Source: Bacillota bacterium
GTDB lineage: Bacteria > Bacillota > Clostridia > Saccharofermentanales > DTU023
Direction of reading: 5' to 3'
Length of the DNA stretch: 64,000 nucleotides
Assembly (NCBI GenBank): GCA_023426575.1
Contig: JAFAAL010000012.1
Coordinates: 68,270-132,269 of the forward strand
A program made the translations under genes and the position numbers. Shown piece by piece: positions 36,142 through 46,234 of this stretch. The stretch's first letter is position 1. The number at the start of each line of letters is the position of its first letter. The notes below the pieces were generated by a model. The model had not been told where the DNA came from and searched no databases. It saw only the letters and a list, made by a program, of their open reading frames with translations.

Positions 36142-37701
36142 TTACTTGGCGTATTCGCTCGCTCGATATTCTCGGATCATCTGGACCTTGATCTGACCGG
36201 GATAAGTCAACTCATCCTCAATGCGCTTGGCAATTTCATGCGCTCTCAGAATCATCTCCTCATCTGAGACCTCATCAGGCTTGACGAGGACCCTGACTTC
36301 TCGGCCCGCCTGGACGGCGAAGACCTTGTCGACTCCTGGGAATTCGGCGGCGATGCTCTCTAGTTTTTCAATTCTCTTGATATAAGTCTCTATGTTCTCA
36401 CGGCGAGCCCCTGGGCGTGCAGCAGAAATCGCATCAGCAGCGGCCACGAGCTTGGAAATCATCGATGTGGCTTCAACTTCGCCGTGGTGAGATTCAATCG
36501 AATTGACGACAGCTTCAGGCTCTCTATACTTCCGCGCAATCTGCGCGCCTAGCTCGACGTGCGAACCTTCGAGCTCAAAGTCTATCGCTTTGCCTATATC
36601 GTGGAGCAGACCTGCGCGCTTGGCGAGGTTGACGTCCAGATCGAGCTCGGCTGCAAGCATTCCCGCAAACTTGGCCACTTCAATCGAATGCTGCAAGGCA
36701 TTCTGGCCATAGCTGGTCCTGTAACGCATCCTGCCGAGGATATTGACAAGTTCGGGATGCAAAGACATAATCCCCGTCTCAAAGACGGCCTCTTCCCCCG
36801 CCTCGCGAATCGCAACAGCAATCTCTTGCTTCGCCTTGTCGACCATTTCTTCAATCCTTGCCGGATGGATGCGGCCGTCATAGACGAGCTTTTCGATGGC
36901 GATCTTGGCAATTTCTCGACGGATGGGATCGAAACAGGACAAGATCACGGCCTCTGGGGTGTCATCGATGATGAGATCGACCCCCGTCAGGTGCTCAATC
37001 GTCCGGATATTACGGCCCTCTCGACCAATGATACGCCCCTTCATCTCCTCGTTCGGCAAGCTGACGACAGAAACCGTCGCGTCCGAAACGTAGTCTGAGG
37101 CATATCTCTGAATGGACGTGACGATGAGTTCCTTGGCCGTGAGGTCAGCCTTCTCTCTCGCCTCTTCCTCCAGTGATTTCAAGAGGAGAGCAAAATCACG
37201 CTGATATCGCTCGCGTGCCTCAGAAATCAGACTGTCTCTCGCCTCACTGAGGCTCATGCCAGCCAATCTCTCAAGTTCGGCCTGACGCTCTGCCTCAGCA
37301 TTGGACAGATTGTCCTCACGTCTTTGAAGCTGTCTCTCCTTGTTTTGCAGGTGCTTTTCTCTATCCTCGTTCGCCTGTGCCTTGCGGGAGACTAATTCCT
37401 CGCGCTGCTCGAGACGCTGCCGCTCCTTCTGGAGCTCAACACGCTTCTCGCGCACCGCCTGGTCTAGATCCAGCTTGGCCTTGTGGACTTCTTCTTTAGT
37501 TTCGAGTAGGAGTTCACGTTTTCTATTCTCCCCGGCCTTGAGCGCTTCTGTTTTGGCTTCTTCGATGTCCTTTAAACTCTGCGCCGTGTTCTCAGCCAGT
37601 TCCTTGCCAGCTTTGCTGTAACCCTTGGTAAAATAGCTGTAGACGAATCCGGAGGCGAGGATCGCACCAACGATAAAAGCAATCAATATGTAAATAAACA
37701 T
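36142..37701 (-). CDS. rny: Ribonuclease Y
   Basis: N-terminal TM helix, coiled coil, KH (GREGRNIR) and HD (LLHDIGK). The start is set at ATG 37701, which has GGAGG 8 nt upstream. The listed GTG start overlaps the SD itself. Confidence 0.95.
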   Translation of the reverse strand: MFIYILIAFIVGAILASGFVYSYFTKGYSKAGKELAENTAQSLKDIEEAKTEALKAGENRKRELLLETKEEVHKAKLDLDQAVREKRVELQKERQRLEQREELVSRKAQANEDREKHLQNKERQLQRREDNLSNAEAERQAELERLAGMSLSEARDSLISEARERYQRDFALLLKSLEEEAREKADLTAKELIVTSIQRYASDYVSDATVSVVSLPNEEMKGRIIGREGRNIRTIEHLTGVDLIIDDTPEAVILSCFDPIRREIAKIAIEKLVYDGRIHPARIEEMVDKAKQEIAVAIREAGEEAVFETGIMSLHPELVNILGRMRYRTSYGQNALQHSIEVAKFAGMLAAELDLDVNLAKRAGLLHDIGKAIDFELEGSHVELGAQIARKYREPEAVVNSIESHHGEVEATSMISKLVAAADAISAARPGARRENIETYIKRIEKLESIAAEFPGVDKVFAVQAGREVRVLVKPDEVSDEEMILRAHEIAKRIEDELTYPGQIKVQMIREYRASEYAK

Positions 37702-37806
37702 ATCTATCACCTCCTATTTAATTTTCAAGTTGCTATCTGCCTTTCGGCTTGTATATCATTGTATTGATGGGTCGTATTTCTGTCAAACATTTTCTGCGAG
37801 GTCAAG

Positions 37807-38808
37807 ATGACTAAGAGCCTCCTAAACTTTCATTGCGAAGTGGCTAAAAGTGACGAGGGCATGAGTCTGCGCAAATATTTGCAGCAGCGCTTTGGCCTCT
37901 CCTCAACCCGCTTGAAGAGCCTTCGGCGCCGAGGTATAAGTCGTATTAACGGACTGCATAAACCGCTTATAACTATACTCCACTCTGGAGATATCATCGA
38001 TGTGACATGCCCTGAAATCAGCGCACCTGAGCTCGATCTGGACGCCTTGGAACGGGCTTCTTGCCCTGTGGTCTATCAAGATGAGCACTATCTCCTCGTG
38101 AATAAGCCCCCAGGCCTCCTCGTCCACCCTTCGTACCAAGAGACACTGGCGATCACCACTCTCCTCAGTTCGGAGCCCCTCCACCCTGTCCGACGTCTGG
38201 ACCTCGACACCTCGGGGCTCGTCCTCATCGCACTCAATCCCTATGCGCACGAGCGACTGATTTTTTCAGAACTCGAAAAGCGCTATAGAGTGCTTGTCTA
38301 CGGCCGCTTACCAGAGCGAGCCCTGAGCTTATCCCTGCCCCAATCGCGCAATCCGAAACTGACTTTGCAGCGCATTGTCTCCCGTACGGGCCAAGTCGCT
38401 ATAAGTACTTTTCGCGAATGGCAGTATTGGCCCGAGCACGAGATCTCTCTCCTCGATGTCGAGGCCCAAACAGGGCGCACCCACCAGATCCGCAGCCAGC
38501 TCCTCTATCTCGGCCTCCCCCTGCTCGGGGACTGGCTCTACGGCGTCGAGGCCCTGGAGGCATACCTGGATTCGGGCGCCTTTTACTCTCTTGAGGCGCG
38601 CCTACGTGCCCAAGATCTCATGCGAAGACATCAGCTCAAGACGCTCTCGAGCCACGGCTTCACGCGCCAGGCCCTCGATGCCGACCAGCTGCGTTTTAGA
38701 GACGTAAAAACTGGCCTAGTCCTTGATTTTCAAGCAACTTGGCCAGCTGACTTTCAGGCCTTTATCGATAAAAACGGCCTCGACCTAGCCCCTCGTCCTT
38801 CACTCTAG
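37807..38808 (+). CDS. RluA-family pseudouridine synthase
   Basis: 333 aa with HPVRRLDLDTSGLVLIA and GRTHQIRSQL; GAGG lies 5 nt upstream of the ATG. Confidence 0.85.
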   Translation: MTKSLLNFHCEVAKSDEGMSLRKYLQQRFGLSSTRLKSLRRRGISRINGLHKPLITILHSGDIIDVTCPEISAPELDLDALERASCPVVYQDEHYLLVNKPPGLLVHPSYQETLAITTLLSSEPLHPVRRLDLDTSGLVLIALNPYAHERLIFSELEKRYRVLVYGRLPERALSLSLPQSRNPKLTLQRIVSRTGQVAISTFREWQYWPEHEISLLDVEAQTGRTHQIRSQLLYLGLPLLGDWLYGVEALEAYLDSGAFYSLEARLRAQDLMRRHQLKTLSSHGFTRQALDADQLRFRDVKTGLVLDFQATWPADFQAFIDKNGLDLAPRPSL

Positions 38809-39455
38809 TAAGACGCAAAGACCTCATAGACTCTGGCCAGCACCTTGTCCTTGAGCTCATTGCCTCGATCTTTCTGCCGCTCAACTTGTTCTCTAGCATT
38901 CTTGACAAAAGCCTCATCCGAAACTCCCGGCATATTGATTAAGACGTTAAAGTGAGCAGCGCCCAGACCTGAATCAGCCAAGAGCGCAGCACTACCGATG
39001 TCAGAGATACAATTTTTATTGCCGTGTTCGGCAATAAAGGGCAAGACCTCGAGAATTTCTATGATGGCCTGGGCGGTCGCGATGGGTACGGATGCACAGG
39101 CCATATTGGCCTCGGCCATCGCCTTCTTGCGCCGCTTGATCTCCTCCTCACTATCCTTGGGCAGTTTGATGGCAGCCATGACCTTGAGGAATGCTTCCGT
39201 ATCTTCATCAAGCAATCTCAGTAGATTCTCTTGGAGGCGCTCTAAAATCCCACGCTTGCTGGAAAATTCCTTCTGCAGCTCAGGGTCTAGCTTGAGGAAG
39301 GCTTTTTTGCCTTCTGTCAGATTGATGACCATAATGCCGAGGGCCGCAGCCTCAGCCCCGGCAAATGCGGCCGCCGAGCCCCCTCCTGGAGCTGGCGAAT
39401 CACTGGCGGTCTCCTTGACGAATTCTTCGACGGTCAGTTGGATAAGTTTTGACAT
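38805..39455 (-). CDS. Formimidoyl-THF cyclodeaminase / methenyl-THF cyclohydrolase family protein (FTCD C-terminal-domain type)
   Basis: 216 aa with SDSPAPGGGSAAAFAGAEAAALG. Confidence 0.85.
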   Translation of the reverse strand: MSKLIQLTVEEFVKETASDSPAPGGGSAAAFAGAEAAALGIMVINLTEGKKAFLKLDPELQKEFSSKRGILERLQENLLRLLDEDTEAFLKVMAAIKLPKDSEEEIKRRKKAMAEANMACASVPIATAQAIIEILEVLPFIAEHGNKNCISDIGSAALLADSGLGAAHFNVLINMPGVSDEAFVKNAREQVERQKDRGNELKDKVLARVYEVFASY

Positions 39456-39478
39456 ATGGTTCTCCTTGCCTTCTGGCT

Positions 39479-40702
39479 CTAAAATTGGACTCTCGACTGA
39501 GAGACGATCTGTTCTCCGTTCTTCCAGACGTCTCTCACGAGATTTCGGCCGAATTGATAAATGAGTTCTTCTGGACTCTTGACATTGAAGATTGTAAGAT
39601 CACAGTTCTTGCCTGCCTCGAGACTTCCGATAGTCGCTTCGCGCCCAATGGCGCGGGCAGCATTGATCGTCACTGACTCTAAAATCTCTATAGGCGTCAT
39701 CTTGTAGTTGAATGCAGCGATCCACATCGCCATCTGCAGGTTCGGACATGGGCAAGAACCTGGGTTAAAGTCTGTGGCAATGGCCACTGTGACACCTTGC
39801 TCCAACATTTTTTGGGCAGGAGCATAGCGCGGACTCATCAGGTAAAAAGAGGTGGCGGGCAGTAAGACGGCCACTGTGCCACTCGCCTTGAGGGCGGGGA
39901 TGTCCTCATCTCGAATCTCCATGAGATGCTCCGCTGAGATGGCACCAAGACGCGCCGCCTGACCTGCGCCACCGAGGCTGACGATCTCGTCAGCATGGAC
40001 CTTGAGGCCGAAGCCAAGTTCCAGGGCACGCCGGCCAAGTCGCTCAGTCTCTTCCAGGGAGAAGATCCCTTCTTCGCAGAAGATATCGACAAATTCAGCG
40101 ATCCCCTGCTCTTTGACCTGCGGCATGATGACGTTTAACATCTCCTCGATATAGCCCTCGTGTCCGCCCTGGGCATCTGGAGGTGTCGCATGCGCTCCCA
40201 TGTATGTGACGACGATCGTCATAGGAGTCGTCTCTTGCAGCCTCCGATTGACCTCGAGGAGCTTGAGTTCGCCTTCTAGGTCGAGACAATAGCCACTCTT
40301 GCTCTCAACTGTTGTCGTCCCATGTTCTGCCATCACCCGGATCTGATTCAATGCTTTGGCATAGAGCTCATCTGCATCGCTCTTGCGACTTGCTTCGACA
40401 GTGGAGAAGATGCCCCCTCCCGCCTCGTGAATCTCCATATATGACTTGCCCTCGAGCTTCCACTTGAGTTCATGAGCACGAGATCCTCCATGGACGAGAT
40501 GGGTATGAGCATCGATGAGCCCTGGGCAGAGGAGATGGCCTCGATAGTCGTGAATGAGATGACTGTCGAGAATCTTCTGGGAAGGTAATCCCTCAACGAC
40601 GTCGACAATTTTCTCCCCGTCGACAATCACGGCGCCATCGATCAGATTTCGCTCTGCCGTGGAGCTAAAGATCGCATCGCTCAAGAAGACGCGCTTAGTC
40701 AT
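39479..40702 (-). CDS. hutI: Imidazolonepropionase
   Basis: 407 aa amidohydrolase with GLIDAHTHLVHGGSR, in a hut gene context. Confidence 0.94.
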   Translation of the reverse strand: MTKRVFLSDAIFSSTAERNLIDGAVIVDGEKIVDVVEGLPSQKILDSHLIHDYRGHLLCPGLIDAHTHLVHGGSRAHELKWKLEGKSYMEIHEAGGGIFSTVEASRKSDADELYAKALNQIRVMAEHGTTTVESKSGYCLDLEGELKLLEVNRRLQETTPMTIVVTYMGAHATPPDAQGGHEGYIEEMLNVIMPQVKEQGIAEFVDIFCEEGIFSLEETERLGRRALELGFGLKVHADEIVSLGGAGQAARLGAISAEHLMEIRDEDIPALKASGTVAVLLPATSFYLMSPRYAPAQKMLEQGVTVAIATDFNPGSCPCPNLQMAMWIAAFNYKMTPIEILESVTINAARAIGREATIGSLEAGKNCDLTIFNVKSPEELIYQFGRNLVRDVWKNGEQIVSQSRVQF

Positions 40703-41612
40703 TTCCTGCCTCCGCCGGTGCTTCCAGCAGTCGATTTTCGATGACTTGCTCGGCCTTAAAGTCCTCGAGTTGCAAGTAATATTCGGCGGCGGCGAGGAGA
40801 GCTTCGGCGGGAGCTAAGCCGATGAGTTCACTGCCAATGACATTGACCCCATAGCGTCTGGCCTCCATCTTGACCATCTCAAACGCTTGATAGATCGCCG
40901 ATTTATGATAGTTGACCAAATTCATCGACACCTGGACGATTCCACGGTCCTTGAGCTCGACACCCATACCCTTGACATAGCGCAGACCCCCGCCAATGTG
41001 TCGCACTTTTTTGGCGATGGCATCGGCCACCTCGAGATTCGAGCTGTCGAGATTGACGTTATAGGCCACGAGGGGCAAGCGGGCGCCGATGGCCGTGCAG
41101 CCAGCGCTCGGATGGACCTCGTGGGGGCCATAATCAGGATACCAGTCGGGATCTTTGATCTTTTCAAAGAAACCCTCGAACTGACCCTTGCGGACAGTGG
41201 CAAGATTTTGTCTCTCCGCTCTCGTCGCAGAGCTCTCATAGAGATAGACGGGTATCTTCAGTTCGCTACCGACGCGCTCGGCCAAGCGCTTGGCCAGATT
41301 CTGGCAATCCTCAATACTGGCATTTTTTATAGGAATAAAGGGGACGACATCGGTGGCTCCCATGCGGGGATGCTCACCCTTGTGGACTCTGAGGTCAATG
41401 AGCTCAGTAGCGACCTGCATGGCAGCAAAGAGCCCCTCCAAGAGGGCCTCTTCATCGCCCATCAAGGTGACGACGGAGCGGTTGTGGTCGAGGTCACTGC
41501 TATAATCGAGCACCCGGAGGCCCTCTTGCTCTTGCAAGGGCTTGAGGATCTTGGCGAGGACTGCGGGGTCACGGCCTGTGGAAAAATTCGGAACGGACTC
41601 AATAATTTTCAT
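40695..41612 (-). CDS. Glutamate formimidoyltransferase (FTCD N-terminal-domain type)
   Basis: 305 aa with N-terminal IIESVPNFSTGRD. Confidence 0.9.
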   Translation of the reverse strand: MKIIESVPNFSTGRDPAVLAKILKPLQEQEGLRVLDYSSDLDHNRSVVTLMGDEEALLEGLFAAMQVATELIDLRVHKGEHPRMGATDVVPFIPIKNASIEDCQNLAKRLAERVGSELKIPVYLYESSATRAERQNLATVRKGQFEGFFEKIKDPDWYPDYGPHEVHPSAGCTAIGARLPLVAYNVNLDSSNLEVADAIAKKVRHIGGGLRYVKGMGVELKDRGIVQVSMNLVNYHKSAIYQAFEMVKMEARRYGVNVIGSELIGLAPAEALLAAAEYYLQLEDFKAEQVIENRLLEAPAEAGND

Positions 41613-41629
41613 GAGGAATCTCCCTTCTT

Positions 41630-43183
41630 CTAGCTCTCGGCGAGCGTGGATGGCGTTGAATGAGGTATATGACTCATGACAGTTTCTAAGAAGTCACGAG
41701 ATCTCAGCATCTCATCAGCTGCGACGAGATCTGGATAGAGGATGCGGTCAGCGGCCAAAAAGTCAATTTTGGAGCGAATCTCCCGATAGATGATCTCAGT
41801 TCCCCGCCCCAGTTTATGCCTGGGCAAGAGGTCAAGTGCTTGTGCTGCAGTCATCAGTTCAATGGCGATCACCTGCCGGGTATTGGCAATGACTTCCTGA
41901 ACCTTGCGGGCAGCATTGCCACCCATCGAGACGTGATCTTCCTTATTGGCCGAGGACGGGATCGAATCAACTGATGCAGGATGTGAGAGGATCTTGTTCT
42001 CGGAAACCAGACAAGCCGCCGTGTACTGAGGGATCATGAGGCCAGAATTGACTCCCTCAGACGCCACGAGGAAGGCTGGCAGACCGCCGGAGAGCTGGGG
42101 ATTGACGAGTCGCTCGATGCGGCGCTCGGAAATATTGGCGAGCTCGCTGACGGCCATCGCCAGGAAATCAAGACTTAGAGCCAGCGTCTGACCATGAAAG
42201 TTGCCCCCCGAGATAACATCATCGGCATCTGGGAAGACCAGTGGGTTATCCGTCACGCTGTTGAGTTCAGTCTGGAGGACAGTTCCGACGTATTGGAGAG
42301 CGTCATAAGTCGCTCCGTGCACCTGCGGCGTACAGCGCAGGGTGTAGGGGTCTTGAACATCCCCCGTCCGACTATCGACATAGTCGGAGCCTTCCAGAAG
42401 TTCTCTCAGGAGCTTGGCGCTCAGGATCTGGCCGCGATGGGGTCGAATGGCGTGGACGCGCTCATCCAGAGCAGCCGTAATGCCGCGAAAAGCCTCAAAA
42501 GTCAAGGCCGCTGCAAAATGGGCATACGACCAGAGCGCCTCGGCCTCGCGCCAGGCCAAGACACCGAGCCCACACATAAAGGGCGTACCGTTGATAATCG
42601 CAAGTCCATCCTTGCCACTCAGGACCACGGGCGAGAGGCCATAGCTCTCCATGAGCTCGCGGCTTGGCCTAAAGTTCCCTTGTGCCCCTTCTGCCAGCTC
42701 CCCTTCACCGATGAGGCAGAGGGCGATGTGGGCCAGGTTTGCTAAATCGCCAGAGGCGCCTAGGGAGCCCTTTTCGGGAACGTGCGGGATGAGATCGTGA
42801 TTCAAAAACGCGGCCAGCGTCGTCACCACCTCAGGACTGACACCCGAATAGCCCGAGAGGAGCGTGTTGAGTCTCAAGCACATGATGGCTCTCACCCGCT
42901 CTCGAGAGAGGGGACGGCCGACGGCACAGGCATGGCTCAAGATCAGATTTTTCTGGAGCTGTCCATTGTCTTCTGCTGAGACCTTGACGCGAGAGAGCTC
43001 GCCGAATCCCGTGGATATTCCATAGATTGGCTTCTCTCCGTCGGCCAGGCGATTGACGATGCCCTTGGACGCATGGACGCGCGTCATGGCCGCTTCGGCA
43101 ATGGCTATAGGGGCTCCGTAACTGATGGCCTCGACCGTTTCGGGGGTCAGAGAATGGCCATCGAGAATAATTGTCTTAGGCAT
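41630..43183 (-). CDS. hutH: Histidine ammonia-lyase
   Basis: MIO-forming GSLGASGDLANLAH. The start is set at ATG 43183 (MPKTIILDG), which has an AAGGAG SD inside the recN 3' end. Confidence 0.96.
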   Translation of the reverse strand: MPKTIILDGHSLTPETVEAISYGAPIAIAEAAMTRVHASKGIVNRLADGEKPIYGISTGFGELSRVKVSAEDNGQLQKNLILSHACAVGRPLSRERVRAIMCLRLNTLLSGYSGVSPEVVTTLAAFLNHDLIPHVPEKGSLGASGDLANLAHIALCLIGEGELAEGAQGNFRPSRELMESYGLSPVVLSGKDGLAIINGTPFMCGLGVLAWREAEALWSYAHFAAALTFEAFRGITAALDERVHAIRPHRGQILSAKLLRELLEGSDYVDSRTGDVQDPYTLRCTPQVHGATYDALQYVGTVLQTELNSVTDNPLVFPDADDVISGGNFHGQTLALSLDFLAMAVSELANISERRIERLVNPQLSGGLPAFLVASEGVNSGLMIPQYTAACLVSENKILSHPASVDSIPSSANKEDHVSMGGNAARKVQEVIANTRQVIAIELMTAAQALDLLPRHKLGRGTEIIYREIRSKIDFLAADRILYPDLVAADEMLRSRDFLETVMSHIPHSTPSTLAES

Positions 43184-43187
43184 TTTG

Positions 43188-44879
43188 CTACTCCTTCTTA
43201 TGCTCATTCTGCGCTTCTGCCAGAAGAGAACTGGCCAGGGCGAGACTCTCGTCCATGGCGACTGTGCCACTGAGAAGCCGGGCAAGTTCTAAGAGGCGCT
43301 CATCTGGATTGAGAAACGTTGCGTGGCTTTGGCTTCTTTCTCCATCGTAATCCTTTTCGAGCAAAATGTGTGTATCGGCTCTAGCCGCGATGGCGGCACT
43401 GTGAGTGACGCATAGGACCTGCCTCTGGGCGGCTAGAACTTTGAGTCTCGCACCGACTTTGGCAGCCGTCAGGCCCCCGACACCCTGGTCAATCTCGTCG
43501 AAAATGAGGACAGGGATGTCCTTTTGCTCGGCAGCGAGCGATTTAATCGCCAGAATCAGACGGGAAGCCTCGCCGCCAGACGCCACTTGAGCCAGTGCTT
43601 TCAACTCTTCTCCTGGATTGGCATTGAAGAGAAAAGTCACGGCAAGCGATCCCGCAGCGCTGTATTTTCGCTCGGCTTGTGGCGAATATGATACAGCAAA
43701 GAGGGCCTCGGGCATGTTGAGTTCGCGCAGGGCCATGGTCATATCTTTGGCCAGGCGCTCTCCCGTTTCTTTTCGCTTCGCATTGAGTCTCTCAGACAGG
43801 GCGTCCATCAGGGTCTCCTGAGCCCTGAGTTCGCTCTCGGCCTCGTGAAAATGAGCCTCAGTGGCCAGGAGAAAATCACGGCGCTCGATGCTCTCTTGCA
43901 AGAAGCAGCTGATCTCCTCGAGACTGTCACCATACTTGCGCTTGAGCTCATTAATGAGGTTTAAGCGCTCATGGACGCGCTGGGCCAACTCGGCATCTGC
44001 TGCGAGTTGATCCCGGATATCTGAAAGCTCAAAGTCAATCTCTTGAAAGCGCTCCGCCATGAGGCCCAAGTCCTCATAGATGGCGCTGAGACGCTTGGAA
44101 AAGCGGGCGGGATACTCAAGACTCGCCAGAGCCTCGGCCAGGGACGCTCTGAGTCCCCTCTCCCCCTCGCCACTCATGAGACTTGAAAAAAGGTCGAGGT
44201 CGGCATTGATCTTCTGCAAGGCAGAAATTTTCTTAGCCTGCTTTTGGATCTTTTCATCTTCGCCAGGACTGAGGTCTGCAGCTTCGAGTTCAGAAATCTG
44301 ATAGTTTAAAATCTCAAGTTCACGCTCTCGCTCACGCGGATTCAGGCCAAGCTCACGAATGCGGGAGACGATGGCGCGTCTCTTCTGCACGGCTTCAGCC
44401 CACTCGGCCAGCAGTTCTTGCTGCTCTTGATCCCCATAGGCATCAAGAAAAGCCAACTGCCTATCCGCCCGATAGATCTCTTCTTGCGCATTCTGACCAT
44501 GAATGGCAATGAGATAGGAAGAGATCTCTTCGAGGACTGAGAGGTTGACGAGACGGCCATTGACCCGCGCCAGGCTCCGGCCATCTGCTCTGATCTCTCG
44601 GCTGAGGATCAATTCGGACTCAGAGAGGCCGAGCTCTGTCATGAGCTCAGTAGGCAAATATTTCTCAGGTGAAAAAAACAAGGCCTCCACTGTGGCCTTG
44701 TCTCTGCCGTCCCGAATGAGATCTCGACGCGCACGACGCCCCAAAAGAAGGCTAAAGGCATCGAGCAGGATGGACTTGCCGGCGCCCGTCTCGCCAGTGA
44801 TGACGGTCAGGCCCAGCTGCAAGTCCAAATCTATTTTCTCAATCAGGGCAAAATCTCGAATCGATAAAGTTGCGAGCAT
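43188..44879 (-). CDS. recN: DNA repair protein RecN
   Basis: 563 aa with Walker A GETGAGKS, a central coiled coil, and C-terminal ASGGEASR and FDEID. Confidence 0.96.
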   Translation of the reverse strand: MLATLSIRDFALIEKIDLDLQLGLTVITGETGAGKSILLDAFSLLLGRRARRDLIRDGRDKATVEALFFSPEKYLPTELMTELGLSESELILSREIRADGRSLARVNGRLVNLSVLEEISSYLIAIHGQNAQEEIYRADRQLAFLDAYGDQEQQELLAEWAEAVQKRRAIVSRIRELGLNPRERERELEILNYQISELEAADLSPGEDEKIQKQAKKISALQKINADLDLFSSLMSGEGERGLRASLAEALASLEYPARFSKRLSAIYEDLGLMAERFQEIDFELSDIRDQLAADAELAQRVHERLNLINELKRKYGDSLEEISCFLQESIERRDFLLATEAHFHEAESELRAQETLMDALSERLNAKRKETGERLAKDMTMALRELNMPEALFAVSYSPQAERKYSAAGSLAVTFLFNANPGEELKALAQVASGGEASRLILAIKSLAAEQKDIPVLIFDEIDQGVGGLTAAKVGARLKVLAAQRQVLCVTHSAAIAARADTHILLEKDYDGERSQSHATFLNPDERLLELARLLSGTVAMDESLALASSLLAEAQNEHKKE

Positions 44880-44897
44880 GCGGGACTCTAATTCAGT

Positions 44898-45383
44898 CTA
44901 TTCTTCAAGCTCAGCTTCGATTTCTAAGTTAGCCAACTTCCGAAGTTCGACACAGAGGGACTTTGCGGCGGCATTATCCACTGTGGCGATAAAAATCGTA
45001 TCATCCCCTGCGAGAGAGGCCAGCAGTTCCTCTAGGTGCATAGAATCAAGAGCCGCTGCTGCCGCCTGGGCCATGCCTGGCAGCGTCTTGGCGACGACGA
45101 AGTTGCTGGCGATTTCAAGATTGGTAATCGCCTCAGTAAACACCTTCATCAGACGTCCAGAAGCTCCCTCCCCGCTCTTGTTCATGGGAATGTACTTCTG
45201 TTCACCACTGGCTGTGGCCACCTTGATGATGCCGAGTTCCTTGATGTCTCTCGAAACAGTTGCCTGGGTGACCTCGAGTCCCTCAGCCTTGAGGGCCTCG
45301 ACGAGTTCCTCCTGTGTGCTGATGTTCTGATTGCGCACAATCTGGAGAATACGATTTTGTCTTGGATTCTTGGATGCTCTCAC
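44898..45383 (-). CDS. argR: Arginine repressor
   Basis: 161 aa with an N-terminal winged helix (QEELVEALKAEGLEVTQATVSRDIKEL) and a C-terminal GDDTIFI motif. Confidence 0.93.
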   Translation of the reverse strand: MRASKNPRQNRILQIVRNQNISTQEELVEALKAEGLEVTQATVSRDIKELGIIKVATASGEQKYIPMNKSGEGASGRLMKVFTEAITNLEIASNFVVAKTLPGMAQAAAAALDSMHLEELLASLAGDDTIFIATVDNAAAKSLCVELRKLANLEIEAELEE

Positions 45384-46225
45384 TTGCTAATCCCCCTTTT
45401 TTGAATTTTCTCCGCCAGGGTCTCATAGAAGTTATCACGCCCTAGGCGAAGCATCTTTAATGGTCTATTTGCCTGTCTGATCACCAGATATTCACCTGGC
45501 TTCATCGGCACGGGCTCTCGCCCGTCCGCAGAAAGACTTGCTTCTTTTCCTCTTTTTGGCAGGGCCACGCGAACTTCAGAATCGGCCCCAGCCAAGTAAC
45601 TGCGGTTGTGGAGAGTGTGCGGACAAATCGCCGTGACAATCAGCACCTGCTCCGTCGGGTGGACGATAGGCCCTCCCGCCGAGAGCGTGTACGCGGTCGA
45701 ACCCGTCGGAGTGGCCACAATGAGTCCATCTCCTGGCACGCGTTCGACAGCATCGCCATTGATCCAAAGATCGGCCGTGATGATCGAGCGATTTGCGCCA
45801 CGGTGGACGACGACATCGTTGAGGGCGAGGCCCTCTGCCAAAATCTCACCGGCGGCACTGTAGTGCGTATACTCTAGGCGCATCCGCTCCTCGCTATGGC
45901 CCTCACCCCGGAGGATACGAGCCAGGTCGCGCGCCAAGTGATGGGGCTCAATGATAGGCAGGAAGCCGACCGAACCGAGATTGACACCAATCATCGGCAC
46001 CTCTTCCAGACCTGGCAAATGAGTCATGGCCAGGAAGGTTCCATCACCGCCAAAACTGATCATGAGATCGCAAGCAGTATAGGGCGAACTCGCATAGGAG
46101 AGAGCTCGAGCCAGCTCCTGATCGAGACAGAGCTCAGCGCCAGAATCCTGAATAATCTGGCAAGCTTGGCGCGTATACACGAGGTCAGGATCTCTGCCCT
46201 GATTTGTAAAAATACCAATCCGCAA
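45380..46225 (-). CDS. nadK: NAD kinase
   Basis: 281 aa with the SFGGDGTFL motif. The TTG start has GAGG 7 nt upstream. Confidence 0.92.
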   Translation of the reverse strand: MRIGIFTNQGRDPDLVYTRQACQIIQDSGAELCLDQELARALSYASSPYTACDLMISFGGDGTFLAMTHLPGLEEVPMIGVNLGSVGFLPIIEPHHLARDLARILRGEGHSEERMRLEYTHYSAAGEILAEGLALNDVVVHRGANRSIITADLWINGDAVERVPGDGLIVATPTGSTAYTLSAGGPIVHPTEQVLIVTAICPHTLHNRSYLAGADSEVRVALPKRGKEASLSADGREPVPMKPGEYLVIRQANRPLKMLRLGRDNFYETLAEKIQKRGISK

Positions 46226-46234
46226 ATCTCTACC

